The notes under the pieces were generated by a model that was given only the letters and a program-made list of their open reading frames with translations, did not search any database and was not told the DNA's origin. From Lepidodermella squamata (lineage: Eukaryota > Animalia > Gastrotricha): a stretch of DNA of 64,000 bases. The stretch is taken from the NCBI GenBank assembly GCA_047495785.1, contig JBLDXI010000033.1, positions 1,054,001 through 1,118,000 of the forward strand. Reading direction: 5' to 3'. Below are positions 1 to 13,535 of this stretch, piece after piece. Numbering within the stretch: position 1 is the stretch's first letter; every line of letters starts with the position of its first letter. Position numbers and translations under genes: made by a program.

Positions 1-407
1 TTCTCCGAGTTCATTAAGACTGTGCATATGCTAATGAGGTGCCCAAAATTAGCATACTCATAAAATCAATGATGAGTGTAAAATCAAAATTTTCACACCT
101 ATCAGAAATGAGCACCCCCATCGTATCCCGAAAATTTCAAATTTTTATAAGTTTTTCTTGATTTTCTAGACCCTAAATTTAGAGTCTAAATAAAAACAAA
201 AATAATAATATAAAATATTAGTGGCGCAACGGCGACCCATTTCGGATCATTGAGAAATTGTCGTATTTTTCTTTTTAAAAAAAAAACGAAACATGCAGAT
301 TAATCTGTACAGAAAAGTGAATTTTGTGGGTTTTCATTATCATATTTCTAAGATTGTCCTGTAATTACTGTATAGTTATTTCATTTTATTTCCTTTACAT
401 TACATAG

Positions 408-1052
408 GGATCGTCTTCATCCTTCAGCCTCCTTTCATTTTTGGAGGCAGCGAAAACTACTCTCCGCCAAGCTACCTCGGAGTTTTATTCGCGTTTGGAT
501 CGATAGCCGGAAAGGTGAAGCATCTTTTAAGGCTGATTTGTCGTAAAATCTAGTTTTTCTTCTCAATTTCAGTGCATCGTTCACACTGGAATACGAGGGC
601 TGAAAGATGTTTCAACTTCCAGCGTAAATTTTGTCTACGGAATTTCTACCTCGATTGTGGTGATCGCAGTCAATCTAGTTGTCATGCCTCGACTCCCGCC
701 TTGCTCATACCTGATTCGATTCGAAACTCTTCTCGGCGGCATAATGCTGATTTTGGACGTGACATTCTCGAAATTGGCCGGTTTAAGCCTACCAGCGCCG
801 ATTTTAGGGCTGAGTGCCGGCCTCGAACTCGTCTTTCACTTGATTATTCAAATCGCCATTGTCAGGCAGGTGCCGAAATTGTTCAGCGTAATCGGAGCCA
901 GTATTGTCCTAACGGCCTTTGCCGCTGTAGCGTGGCGGAATTATTTACTGCGAAACGTGGATATGAAGCGTAAAGTATTGCGCGAAATCGACGCAAACGG
1001 CGTAGAAATTGAAACGCCATTGACCGGTTGTTTAAAATTTATGGCACTGTGA
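408..1052 (+). CDS. EamA/DMT (SLC35G-like) transporter copy 1, 5'-partial; exons 408-514 and 573-1052
   Basis: Spliced frame GIVFILQPPFIFG...|CIVHTGIRGLKDV...PRLPPC aligns with the downstream paralogs. GT-AG intron 515-572. First exon lies outside the window. Confidence 0.85.
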
Positions 1053-1215
1053 TAGCTTCTAGTTTATTGGTAAACATTAGGTAGTCTCATGCAATATGCA
1101 ATAATAAAAACATAAACAAAGGGTGAACAGCTGAAAGTCACGTTTCAGCGAATTGTAATGACGAACAACTATGAGATGAGACTTCGAATTGAAAAGACTC
1201 ATTTGACTCCAAATA

Positions 1216-3490
1216 ATGATTGGAATTCGATCCCTTGTTTGGCTGTTACTTTTCTTTATTCCGACGTCACCCCTATTCATTCTACCCCTCCCTCCCACCT
1301 CAGATGAGTGGGCTAGGTAATTTCTACTAATACATTTTTTTACCAGTCTAAGTTTTTCCTGTTTATCAGTGAGAGCCATAAACATCTGCGAAATTATACG
1401 GAAGAGGAAAAAATAACGAAGAAGCTTTTTCGATCCTATGACAGGATAGTTGGTAAGTTTTTTCAAACCGTCAACCAATTATCATTTTTTCGATTTAAGC
1501 ACCCCGATTTAATCATTCGAGAGTTATTGAAGTTCTGGCCAACTTTTCCATTTTGGCATTTCCGACTCTGGTATGGTCGATATTAGATTAAAAATGAGGT
1601 AATCCATGGATTTATGTATAGGACGAAGTCATGCAAGTTCTTTCGACGCAAATTTGGATGGACATGGTATGATAATAAATTAGAAAAATTTCCTAATATT
1701 AATATTAGTTTTTGCAGCACTGGATGGATGAAAGGTTGACATGGGATCCAAAGGCGTTTAACGGGATTGTAAAACTCACGCTTCCATCAAGAAGAATATG
1801 GTAAAAATCCTTTTACCAAAAATCGTCGATTTTTTTAAATATTTTTTCAATTTCAGGCTTCCTGATGTGGTCGTGTAATAAGGAATTAACCGAGATTTTT
1901 AAAATAAATAATCGTGTTAAATTCTACAGGTACAACTCGGCCGACAATATGGAGTCGTATTTTCTCGAAGAAATTCATGCCGTTGTTCGTCATAATGGCC
2001 ACGTGCAAATCAACCCAATTTTCAAGGTCAGGTCATCGTGCCAGATTGACCTCAGAATTTACCCATTCGACGAGACGATGTAAGCTATAAAATCCCATTA
2101 ATTAATTTTAATTTTATATTATTTCAATTTATTTATAATTTTATATTTATATTATATTTTAATTTTATATAAAAATACCAATAATTATTGATTGTAAATT
2201 TTCAGATGCTGCTTGAAGTTTGGCTCGTGGTCTTACGATATCAGAAGACTGATATTAAACCATGGCGCGAATAAGGTGGACCTGTCATTTTACAAAGAAT
2301 CAAGCAAATGGCAATTGTTGCGAGCTGAAATTCGCCGCTCCCATCGCCGGCAACTCATTTTCAGCTTCACAAATCACTCGAAAGAATTCTCCGACTTGGA
2401 ACTTATCGTCAAGCTGCGTCGGCGATTTCTATTCAATTACTACTTCGAAATTTTTCTACCTTGCATCATAATTTTCACCCTCAGCGTCGCCAGTTTCTGG
2501 CTCGATTACAGGGATGGAAAGAAGATTTTCATGGCTGTCGGCCTGCTACTGATGCAAATCCTCATAATGATCGTAGTTTCCCGTAACACGCCGATAAACA
2601 GCGATGTGGCGCCTACCTTAACGATTTACCTATTTTTAACAATGATGGTCGCATTTTTAACGGTTTTGTTCGAGGTGATAGCATTGATACACTACCATAA
2701 AAGCTCCTTCTCGATGAAAGGGCCGCCTAAAATTGTGACAAAAATTTTAGTCGACTATATCGGCGGATTCTTCCTAATGGACTTGGCTGACTTGACTGGA
2801 CCCCGGAATCCTGTGGTAGAAAAGGCAGGGAAATTACTGGAAAAATGCGTCGAGAAAGACCTTTACGATCACATTTTCAAATGCGTCGAAGAAATCGCGC
2901 AAATTCAGCCTACTGCCTGCCTTAAAAAATCGGCAACTCTTCCAGGAGTTGGTGAAAAATATTGGCCAATAATAAGCCGAGTAACCTCCTTCAACGAGGA
3001 TAATGAATTTGCCGAATTAAGGAGGACTAAACTGAAAAACGAGCGAATTTCGAATTTGATTGGAAATATTGATAAACTGTCGAAAAGCAAATCGGATTTG
3101 CAAGAACAGTTGAGAGCCAAATATTTTGCGAAAAATTGCGAAATTCAGCCAAAAATGAGTCAAGAAAACATTGAGCTCGAGAGACATTTCCACGAACAAC
3201 GACTAGGACTACGTCGGCGAATCAACGACGTAGTTTCCTATGCGACGATTCGAAGCCAGGAGAAGGAACTGCGAAGGTTGATCAACAACGACTGGCGAAA
3301 GGTGATGCTTGTCACGGAGAGGATCTTATTCATAATATTCTTGACAATCAACGCATTCTTCAACTTTACTTTCCTCATATGGCGCCCGTTTGTTGTTCAT
3401 CACGTCGAACATGATCACATTCTCGTTCCGAAATCGCTCGCTGATGCTGATTTAGATAAAATGCACGAAATTGGCAGTGATCATGATTGA
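1216..3490 (+). CDS. Cys-loop ligand-gated ion channel subunit, nAChR-like non-alpha, 8 exons
   Basis: Signal MIGIRSLVWLLLFF; spliced W-x-D-x-RL-x-W-x-P, WLPDVVVYNSAD; Cys-loop CQIDLRIYPFDETIC; FGSWSYD; four TM segments ending in the W-x-KV-x-x-V-x-ER M4 lead-in; no vicinal Cys in loop C. Confidence 0.9.
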
Positions 3491-3786
3491 GGCAACTACC
3501 CGTTTTTATTTGATTATTGCATTGATCTACTGATTTTTAGGTGCATGTAGTGCTCTTTTAGATAGCTAGTAATGTGTGTACTATGCGTACCTTTTAGCTG
3601 TATAAAATATGCGCGATTCATTATATTACACACATCCAATACTGTGTGCAGCACAACTGCGCGTATGTTATTATTACTTCATTCATTTGCCTGCATGCTT
3701 TTTCGCCTTAAAACTTGACCTACTTATTATTATTACTATAGTGATATTCAATAAATGAGAGAACCGCAATGCCATGAACCGAATTG

Positions 3787-5296
3787 ATGGGTTGCCTTGA
3801 CCGACTTTTTCAATTTTGGGGCTTTGGTTTTGCCGCCATCGTAGTCTCTGCTGCTTTAATATGCTTCAATCGAATTCTAATAAAATCACTAACGTCAGAC
3901 GACGGGGAAGACCCACTGCCGGTGTTGTACCTCATGCTGATACGCCAGTTTGTTATTCTCTTCACTTCGGTTCCATTTGCGACTTTCACAAAGGCTCAAA
4001 TGTTCACATTTACCCGCCGCCAGTGGATATTCATCCTGCTGAGGGGCTTCTCCGCCCTGGCGACGGCTACCTCTAATAGTTTTGCTATAACGCTCATTTC
4101 CTTGCCCGATCTCGTCACGATAATGTCGATCACGCCTGTAGTCACCTCCTTTGTTAGTTGGGCTGTTCTCAAAGAACGGCCTAAAGTCACCGATTTTCCG
4201 CTATTCCTCCTGATGTCTACAGGTAAATACACCAAACCAATCGACTTCATGTACAATTTCCATTGCAAATCCATAATTTTTAGTGAGAAGTATAGGAACT
4301 AGGTTAGAGCTGGATCAAAGGAGTCTTGTCTGTAATTTCTTTTGATTTTTGCCGAAATTACAAGAAATTGCCAATATCTAATAAGATCAAAAATGGAAGT
4401 GAAGAAATCTGGAAACGGAATTTACCGTAAATTTATATTTTCAATGTTGATGTCAGCTATAGGTAATTGGAATTGAAATAGGAAATTAAGCCATCAATGA
4501 GCCCGATATATTCGTATAGGACTGTCTGAAGTGCATCGAGATATGCTTGCTCTTATATTTTCAAAAAAATTTAAATTTGGGACATTTTGGTTTCATTTGA
4601 ATTTGTTTTCAAGACGAGAGTTTTCAAGGCTGTAATTCTTATTTTTTCCATTCCAGGAGTCTTGTTCATAGTCCAGCCTGAATTTATTTTCGGCCAAACT
4701 GAAGGCTACAATCCACCTAACTTAATTGGAGTTCTCTGCGCTTTCTTTTCTGTTTGCAGTATGGTAAAAAATTCTACCTAAAATTAAGGAGGATTTTTTA
4801 TTTAATTTTTTTTAATGTTTAGTGTGCTGTTCACGTTTGCATCCGCGCTCTGCGACACATCTCCCTCGGAAGCGTGAATTTTGTCTATGGAATATCGACA
4901 GCTCCACTAGCGCTAGGGGCGTTGCTGATTTTCGCACCCCGATTACCGCCTTGTTCCGTGATTTTAAGGCTGAAAACCTTGGCAGTGGGTGGTATAACTT
5001 TCTGCAACGTTGCCATTGCAATGTTGGCCGGTCGCAGTTTGCCAGCTTCCTTTCTAGCCCTTGGCTCTGGTATTGAACTCGTTTTCCAACTCGTCCTTCA
5101 AGTTCTGTTGTTCGACTCAATTCCAGAACGCTACAGCATCATCGGAGCTAGCTTCGTATTGGCCGCATTCTGCTTCTTGGGCGTTCGAAACTTCTTTCTA
5201 CAAAGAATTGAATCTGAAAAGAAGTTGCTGAAGGAGAAAGGTGAAGAATTTCATCGGTCAGATCTGAACTGCTGTCTCAGATTTTTGTCATTGTGA
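3787..5296 (+). CDS. EamA/DMT (SLC35G-like) transporter copy 2; introns 4223-4656 and 4764-4822
   Basis: FWGFGF, RQF, LRGF, LKERPK, VQPEFIFG and RLPPC motifs; about 10 hydrophobic segments; GT-AG introns restore the frame. Confidence 0.88.
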
Positions 5297-5427
5297 TGAA
5301 TAATAAACCAGGATCTTTCACAGAAAAGTAGTAGGCTGTCTTATCGTTATCTAACCTACAACCTCTGGTTTTATCTGGTAATGAATGAAAGCGTAAAAAA
5401 TTGCGCCTATTACACATTTTCGAGACA

Positions 5428-6486
5428 ATGAAAAGGTCTTTTGTACAACTGACCTATCTATGGTGGGTAGGGGTGATCATGGTCGTCCTGACTGCGCTAT
5501 TCAGTGCGATCGCCAGGGTCCTACAAAAGATTCTAGGATCTCCGGAATACACTGATGATCCTTTTACAGCATTCGAAGTTGTACTAGTTCGTCAAAGTGT
5601 GTTCTTCTTCTTCACAATGCCACTTGCTAGTTTCAACAAGTCAATACCTGTCATGAAGAGCTTTTCAGCGAAAACATGGACTTTCCTGGTGCTTCGGTCC
5701 TTGATTGCCCTCAGCAATACAACGTTATCGCAAATTGCTGTCGTGCGGATGACACTGTCCGATTTTTCAACAATTGCAGCCTTATCGCCGATCGCGACAT
5801 CCTTACTCAGTTGGCCAGTTCTTGGCGAGCGGCCAAAACTTAGCGACATTCCAATATTTGTCATTTGCATCGCCGGAGTTTTCTTCATCGTTCAACCGGC
5901 TTTTATTTTCGGCCAGACGGGTGAAAATTACACACCTCCTGATTTTATCGGCGTCTTATGCGCCTTAGGATTCGTAATTGGAGGGGTAAGGACATGAAGA
6001 CATTCAATGCACTTGGTTGAATCATTTATTTAGGCTGCGGTAAACGTGATGGTAAGAGGTTTACGAGATGTACCAATGACAGCTGTGAATGGCTTTTACG
6101 GCGGTCTAACAGCAATTATTTCACTAGTAATCTTGCTCATTTTCTTCCGACGTTGGCCACCGTGTTCCGAGTTGATGCGGTTCGCCTGTCTTGGATGTGG
6201 ATTTACGTCTTACACGCTGCTTTTCACTCACTCTTTTGCGGCTCGAAGTGTTCCAGCTCCGTTCCTCGCCTTGATTTCTAGCATCGAACTGGTTATCCAA
6301 ACGTTGTTTCAAGTAGCGTATTTTCAAGTTCTGCCGAGCTTATACAGCATGATTGGATCTGGCTTGGTCATCCTAGGAATGTTGTTCTACATTTTGCGGA
6401 ACTTTCTAGTTATCAAATATTCTAAGAAAGACGATGAGAAGGATGAAGTCGAGGACAATTTGCTCATTAAAGTGCTTAATTTCTAG
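5428..6486 (+). CDS. EamA/DMT (SLC35G-like) transporter copy 3; intron 5986-6033
   Basis: Two ORFs joined by a 48-nt GT-AG intron; GERPK-x-x-DIPIF and RRWPPC motifs. Confidence 0.9.
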
Positions 6487-6994
6487 GGACTCACAGGCTC
6501 ATTTCAAATATCTGTTCAAATCTCAAAAAAGCCATTTCTTTCGCATTCTTTATCGTTGCGAAAGCGGTTTCTCATAGCACGAAAAGCTTTTAAAATTTGA
6601 AATGGAAAAATGGCCTCGTGTCGTAATTATTACTTGTAGATTCGATACATGTTCAAGATTTTCCATATTACAGCAACCCGCAACCTTCGTTCTTATAATT
6701 ATGAACAAATCTATGAACAATTCAGTTGTTCACTTAACTTGACCCAAGTATGAAAATGAAGAGCTCCAATGTATGAAAAAACTGGGCTGTAAACAAGGTA
6801 TGATTCAACGAAATTTGTAAACTTAATGATAGAGCATCATAGTTGGAACCTGATCCTTATACCAATAAGATCGAAGGGAGTACATACTGAGTTCGTTTTT
6901 ATCTCTTATCCTGTAGAAAAAGGTCAATATCCGAACTAGAGGCAGGGTGGTCTCGGAGTTGCAAAACATCTCTTGAATAGATTTTCCAGATCAA

Positions 6995-8271
6995 CACTCT
7001 AAGACCTAACACGGCTTTCGCCTATATTAAAAACCTAGTCCGTAACCCGTGTCATTTTTCGCACGAGACCCGTTATGTAAGGTGTGACTAACTGAACCGG
7101 GACGCCCGGTTTACGACCCGGCTGTGGCGTCTTGCCTTACGTAACGGGTCTCGTGCGAAAAATGACACGGGTTTGCCCCGGCTTTGGCCAGACCCGGTTT
7201 TGGTTCCACCATTCCGGTTTTCATCCCGATTTTCGTATCCTTTCATCCTTTTCATCTTTTCATCATTTCCAACTTGTAACTTCTACACCAATAAGTCGCG
7301 GTCATCAAGTGCAAGTCTTTAGTTAGACGGAGAGCCAGAGTAATTTAAAACAAGTGGAAACAAAAGAAAAGCTTCGAAGAGAAAAACTGCTTAGGTTAGA
7401 TGCGCGTGTGGGAGAGAGCTATCCGGTCCGATTAAACCAAAATTTTGAACACCTCCTATAAAATACAAATAAATTAGACAATAAGTATTGAAGTTTTGAA
7501 TAAAAACGATATGTGGAGAACTTTTCTCAATTAGAAACGCTGTAGACCCTCTCGCAGCCATCATCGCAGACTAATACAAGCAAAACAAGACAAATTAGGC
7601 TCAAAATGATTATTTTGAAGTTTGAAATTAGGTTGAATTCAGGTAGAGTTGCTCGTTGACGGCCGAGAATTTTCGAAAGAGATGAGCGTCAAAGAAAACG
7701 ATTGTTTGCTAAAATTACATTCTAAAAAGTCTTACCTATTACCCCAGACTGATGAAAATTGAGGACGGAGTCGCCCAAGTTCTGAAAGCATCAAATTCGT
7801 GCCAACGTGCATGGGCTCTCACATAAATCATCACATAAATCATCACAATACTTATAAGTAAAAAAATGCAAGTCAGCTAATCTCTCGTCGTCGTCGTCGT
7901 CGATATAGGTTGAATTTTTGAAAAACCGGACCTCGCCGAGGGAATGGTCGACGGCATCCCGGGTTACTACCCGGATTTATCGCGCGCGTTGTTAAGCGAA
8001 ATCCCACATCCCGGTTCATGTTCCAGGTTTTCCCGGTTCGACTAAATTTGAATGAAAAGGCCAAGCCGGGCCGGAAACCGGCTCACGCTAGTATCGGTTC
8101 ACGGGCTAGGTTTTCTAACATTGTATCGGGTTTGTACCTGGTTTGTGGATTGGTTTGCCGTTGCGAAAACCGCTACTTCTGGCGTAACGATTCGAGGACT
8201 AGGTTTTCTAACATTGTCCCGGGTTCAGCCCGGCTTTCGTAAAAACGAAAACCATGTAAAGTTTTAGAGTG
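6995..8271. mobile_element. Non-autonomous TIR DNA transposon, CACT-ended (EnSpm/CMC-like), 2-bp TSD AA
   Basis: Left end cactctaagacctaacacggctttcg versus reverse complement of right end cactctaaaactttacatggttttcg; flanked by aa on both sides; internal 39-bp-arm palindrome 7045-7173; repeated aggttttctaacattgt near the right end. Confidence 0.7.
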
Positions 8272-8634
8272 AAGGAAATTTGTTCAATACCTCGTTCAAC
8301 TTGTTTAACCCTTGTAAGAAGGAGCAAGTATAGATAATAGTCTTACTGAACGTAGGTCTGGACAAAAGATAGTCGTATTGCCTCAGCCGCCATCTTAACT
8401 GCAGCCCAAAATATCTGTATGAGAATTTTCAAATTTTTGGTGAGTAGTTTGTCTGGATGCCATAGATGCCATATCATTTAATACTTGGAAAAAAATTATT
8501 AAATTGTTATTCAGCGTTTTGGAAGGCTGAACAAACACAGTCACTCTCTGTCTCCTTTGAATTCTTCTTTCTCTTTTCAGTTACCTTCAAGTTTTTAAAA
8601 TACTTATGGCATACATCGCACTATCAATTACGAT

Positions 8635-9688
8635 ATGGCTAAATCATTGACGCAGCTGACCAATATTTGGTGGGTCGGTATCATAATGTTATTCCTGACT
8701 GCAAGCTTCAACGCCATTACTCGAGTTTTGCAAAAATTACTCGCATCGCCTGAATATTCTGATGACCCATTTTCCCCTTTTGAAATCGTCGTCGTTCGTC
8801 AGGGCAACTTCTTTTTCTTCTCCATAGCTTTAGCAAGCTATTACAAGACCTTGCCAACGATCAAACATCTGCCAACTCGATCATGGATTCTTCTGATATT
8901 TCGGTCTATCTTCGATCTTGGCTATTTCATCATGACGCAATATGCGGTGGTCAGAATCAACCTAGCTGACTTTGCCACGATAAATTCTTTATCGCCTATC
9001 ACGACTTCCCTGGCGAGTTGGGCAGTTCTTGGCGAACGACCGAAATTCAGTGACATTCCGATCTTCGCCATTTGCATAGCCGGAGCTGTTTTCATAATTC
9101 AACCCGCTTTCATTTTCGGTCCTCCATATGGTACCTATACGCCTCCAGATTTCATCGGAATTTTGTTCGCTTTCGGATCTCTGTTTTGCGCGGTCGGTTA
9201 AAAGATCTATGCTATATTCATAATGTTACAGTTCTTTTTAGGCTGGAATAAACGTAACAGTACGAGGGTTGCGGGAAGTTCCCATGACAGCTGTCAACAC
9301 ATTTTACGGTGGCGTTACAGGCGCTATCTCTCTTACCGTATTGCTCATCTTCTTTAGGAGATGGCCACCCTGTGGCACTTTCATACGACTCGGATCTTTG
9401 GGATGCGGCTTCACGGCATTTTTCCTGCTTTGCACTCATTTTCTAGCTGCAAGAAGTATCCCTGCACCGTTCCTATCACTGATACCCAGCATAGAACTGG
9501 TCATTCAATCTGTAGTTCAGATCGCTTACTTCCAGAAGCTGCTCAGTCTTTACAGCATGATCGGATCTGGTTTAGTCATCCTTGGAATGCTATTTTTTAT
9601 AACGCGGAATGTGTTTCTTATGAAATATTCCAAACGTTCGCAAAATAGTTATAAGCTAAAACTTCTTGTCAGCATTCTTAATCATTGA
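8635..9688 (+). CDS. EamA/DMT (SLC35G-like) transporter copy 4; intron about 9193-9241
   Basis: Close paralog of copy 3 with the same intron position; probable 5'UTR intron 8440-8580. Confidence 0.9.
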
Positions 9689-9990
9689 CTTTTCGAAAAA
9701 ATATAAACCAGACTCCTGCCCGTAAGGCTTCTGCAAACATTAAAATTGCATGAAATAGAGCTTAAAACTTAAAAGCATAAAGAAAGAATGAGGTCAATAT
9801 CATGAGGGGCAAGTTCTTACTTCCCCGTTGAGTGCACGGTGTAAAAAAAAATTCGCAACCGAAAGTGAGGAAAGTGAGCGTTCGATATTATAATGCATAT
9901 CATCTTTTTCCGGGAATGGCCGCTCTGTGACAAATTGACGCGAATGGCGAATGATCTCCTCTCTTCATTCACCCTAATCTCGTTTTAGTG

Positions 9991-10233
9991 GCAAGAAGCG
10001 TTCCAGTCTGATCTAGAGCGCCATTACTAACACTAATAGAGCTGGAGATTCAATCAGTTTTTCAGATTGCTTACTTCCAGAAGCTGCTCAGCCTTCATAG
10101 CATGATCGGATGCGGTCTAGTCATCTTCGGAATTTTTCTCTGGATCGCACGAAATATTTTTCTAATCAGATATTCCGAACTAATGCAAAATAGTGACAGA
10201 GCGAAGCTTTTTGTCTTGATTCTCAGTTATTGA
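9991..10233 (+). pseudogene. Degenerate 3' fragment of an EamA paralog (copy-4-like)
   Basis: cagattgcttacttccagaagctgctcagcc...atgatcggatgcggtctagtcatc nearly matches ~9518-9580 but carries indels, a stop, and no 5' part. Confidence 0.75.
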
Positions 10234-10403
10234 TAAGTTTTTTGGTGATGTTTACATTGCGTTGGTTTCTGTGAATGGACGTAACCGTTATCTCTACTAG
10301 ACACGTTTCGTTCCGGTCGAAAGGTTTGCTCGCATCATGCTGTAGCCTGTAGCTTTAATTTTTGGCTGGCTTTACAATTTGTCCGAATATGCTTTAGTAC
10401 TAA

Positions 10404-11469
10404 ATGAGCCTGTATTCAAAGTTGGAACCACTGACCTACAAATGGTGGTTCGGTATTCTCCTAATCGTCCTAACCGGCGTACTCTCGGCATTCACGCGGC
10501 TATTTCAGAGAAATTTTGCGTCACCGGAGTTTTCCGATGATCCTTTCCTGGCATTTGAAGTCGTCGCCATCCGGCAGACGGTCGTATTCTTCTGCTCAAT
10601 GCCACTCGCAACTTACGACAAAATTTTGGAGAAAATGAGGCTATTTACACCTCGCAGCTGGACCTTCCTTACCCTTCGAGCCTTATTAGCCTTGGGTGGC
10701 TTCACCTGCGGCCAATATGGCGTACAGTTGATGGAGTTGCCCGACTACGTCACAATCGCTTGCCTCACGCCAATTGTGGCCGCCCTCATTCAATGGCCTA
10801 TTTTAAGGGAGAGGCCTAAAGTCACCGACATTCCAATTTTCTTGACATGCCTGGCAGGTGTCGTTTTTGTCGTTCAGCCTGGTTTTATTTTCTCTTCATC
10901 TGAGGACGGGTACAAGTCTCCTGAAACCTTGGGGTTGGTGTTCGCGTTTTTTGGCCTTGTTTCTGGGGTAATAGTGATTTACTTTAAAAACTATCCTTTG
11001 CTAATGTTCATATCTCTAGGCTCTCGTTAACGTAGCTGTCCGAGGATCGCGTGAAGTTCCTATCTCAGTAGGGAATGCTTACTACGGTGGACTGACTTCA
11101 TTGATCTCAGTAACAATTTGTTTGATTTTCTTCCGTCGATGGCCGCCTTGTTCCTCCCTAATGCGATTCAGCTGCATAGCCAGTAGCTGTCTTTCCTTCT
11201 TTTTGATCGCTATTCATGCTCTAGCAGGTCGGAGTGTCCCAGCCCCATTCCTCTCCTTAGTCTCTAGCATCGAACTAGTCACTCAAACAATTATACAAGT
11301 CATATATTTTCGGAAACCGCCAAGTTTCTACAGCGCACTTGGTTCTAGTCTTGTCATTTTAGGAATGTTAATGTACACCTTACGTAACTTATTGCTCATG
11401 AAATATTCGAAAAAATCCGACGATGATAAGAAGGCTGATTGCCTTATGATCAGAATTCTATCTTTTTGA
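10404..11469 (+). CDS. EamA/DMT (SLC35G-like) transporter copy 5; intron about 10968-11019
   Basis: Family motifs (DDPF, RQ, RERPK-x-x-DIPIF, RRWPPC); single GT-AG intron. Confidence 0.9.
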
Positions 11470-11711
11470 ACAAGAATGGAACAATAAAAATGAAGAAACC
11501 AATTTTTAACTCAGGTCACAAGACTTTTGTGTAAAGAAACGAGACGAAATCTGATGCGTGACGCAGTGAACAGTGAACATACTGAGGCAATTCTTGAAAA
11601 AACGTTGCTCTAATGATTGACCACATGGGGCATGGGGCACGTATGTCAACTTGCGTTATGTTTGCTCTAGGTTAGACTCATTCATCTAAATGTCCAACGA
11701 GGCGACGATAA

Positions 11712-12782
11712 ATGAGTTTCTTATCAACCCTGAATCAACTGACTTTCAAATGGTGGTTCGGGATTATTTTGGTTCTACTCACCGGTCTGATTTCAGCGTT
11801 TGTTCGGCTTTCCCAGAAAGCTCTCGGCTCCCAGGATTTCACCGATGATCCATTTCTTCCATTCGAGATAATCGCCGTTCGTCAAGTGGCGGTTTTCTTA
11901 TGCTCAATGCCCTTTGCAACGTACAGCAAGGTGCTGCCGAAAATGAAACAGTTCACGCCAAGGACTTGGATTTTCATGACATTGCGATCTTTCGTGGCAT
12001 TGGGCGGCTTCGTCTGCTCGCAGTATGGCATTCAACGAATGGCATTGCCTGACTGGGCAACGATAGCAGCCTTAACACCGGCTGCTGCTGCTGTCGTCCA
12101 ATGGCCGATTCTAAAAGAGAGGCCAAAAGTGTCTGATATTCCGATTTTCCTCATGTGCATCTCCGGCGTTGTTTGCATAGTCCAGCCTGGGTTCCTATTT
12201 AGCAGTCCGAAAGATGGCTATGAGCCTCCAGAAGCTATTGGACTGACTTTCGCCTTTGTCGGCCTTGCTTTTGGGGTAAGTGAGAAAAAACTTCAAATAC
12301 CATTGATTGACTCTTCTTTATAACAGACGTTAGTAAACATAATTGTTCGTGGGCTACGTGATGTCCCTTTGCCAGCCGTTAACTCTTATTACGGCGCGTT
12401 GTCTTCAGTGACCTCAGTATCGATTTGTTTGATTTTCTTCCGTCGCTGGCCGCCTTGTTTGCCGATTCCAAGATTCGCCTGCGTCTCAACTGGTTTGCTA
12501 TCTTTCGCTACCATCACTACCCACGCTGTCGCAGCTCGAAGTGTCCCAGCGCCCTTCATCGCTTTGGTCTCCAGCGTCGAACTAGTCATTCAAACCATCA
12601 TTCAGGTCGTTTACTTCAAGAAACCGCCTAATCTCTACAGCGCAATCGGTTCGAGCTTGGTGGTTACTGGAATGCTACTGTATGCATTACGGAACTTCTT
12701 ACTAACGAAATATTACGCGAAAAAATCAGATGATTCATCGCAACAGCAGCCCAACATCTTCATGCGAATTCTTGCGTTTTAG
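11712..12782 (+). CDS. EamA/DMT (SLC35G-like) transporter copy 6; intron about 12276-12325
   Basis: Close paralog of copy 5; gtaagt...aacag intron. Confidence 0.9.
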
Positions 12783-13535
12783 GAATGAAACAAATAAATC
12801 ATTTTGTTTGCCTTTTCAACTTTGAGCAATAACAGGTTTTTGTAAGCAGACTCAAGTTGAAAAATCAGGACGGATTTTTTGTAATCCATGCGCATAGTTT
12901 TGACAATTTTTCGCGTAGTTTGGGGGCTAAGAGAACGTGAGCAACCCACTTTCTAGTTTAGCAGGAAATGATTCAACTAGGCAGCACTATTAGAAGGCAA
13001 TTGATTCAGCTTCGCCGATTAACGAGGATGCAAATCTTCACTGCCTTGCAAATACAATCATCGCATCTATGATAAAGCACAAACAATAGTGACGCGCTCG
13101 CTGTCACTCCATAGCGTTGGTGTGCTGATGAGGTGTCGGAAGCCGTAGTCAAAGCGCCCGACCAGTGAAATTCGATCGATCAGAGACAAAAACTAACTCG
13201 CAAGCGTCCGCCTTCGCAATACAGCAAAAAATGGCTATAAAAACCACCTGGTGAAATTTTCCGCTTCATTTGCGCCCCGTTTTTTTTGCGCGCAGAATAT
13301 AGACATCCATTCGCGAGATTGAAAAATTCGTCCTCTAGTAGTATTTTCAGACCCAATATTTTCACAGCTCATTCTCACAGCCTAAGGTTAATTATTGCCC
13401 AGGGAAAAATAATCACGCTAAAACACGCCTCTTCAAATTTGTACCAAACACTCCTTATAATTGATTGCATTCCTCACAAGCCGACAGTTCATCAGTTTCA
13501 GATTATTATAGGCATTTTTTCAATTTTACGAAACA

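Noticed and set aside
3755-3800. Three uORFs upstream of EamA copy 2
   Set aside because: The TSS is unknown and they overlap the upstream gene's likely poly(A) region, so they may not be in the mRNA.
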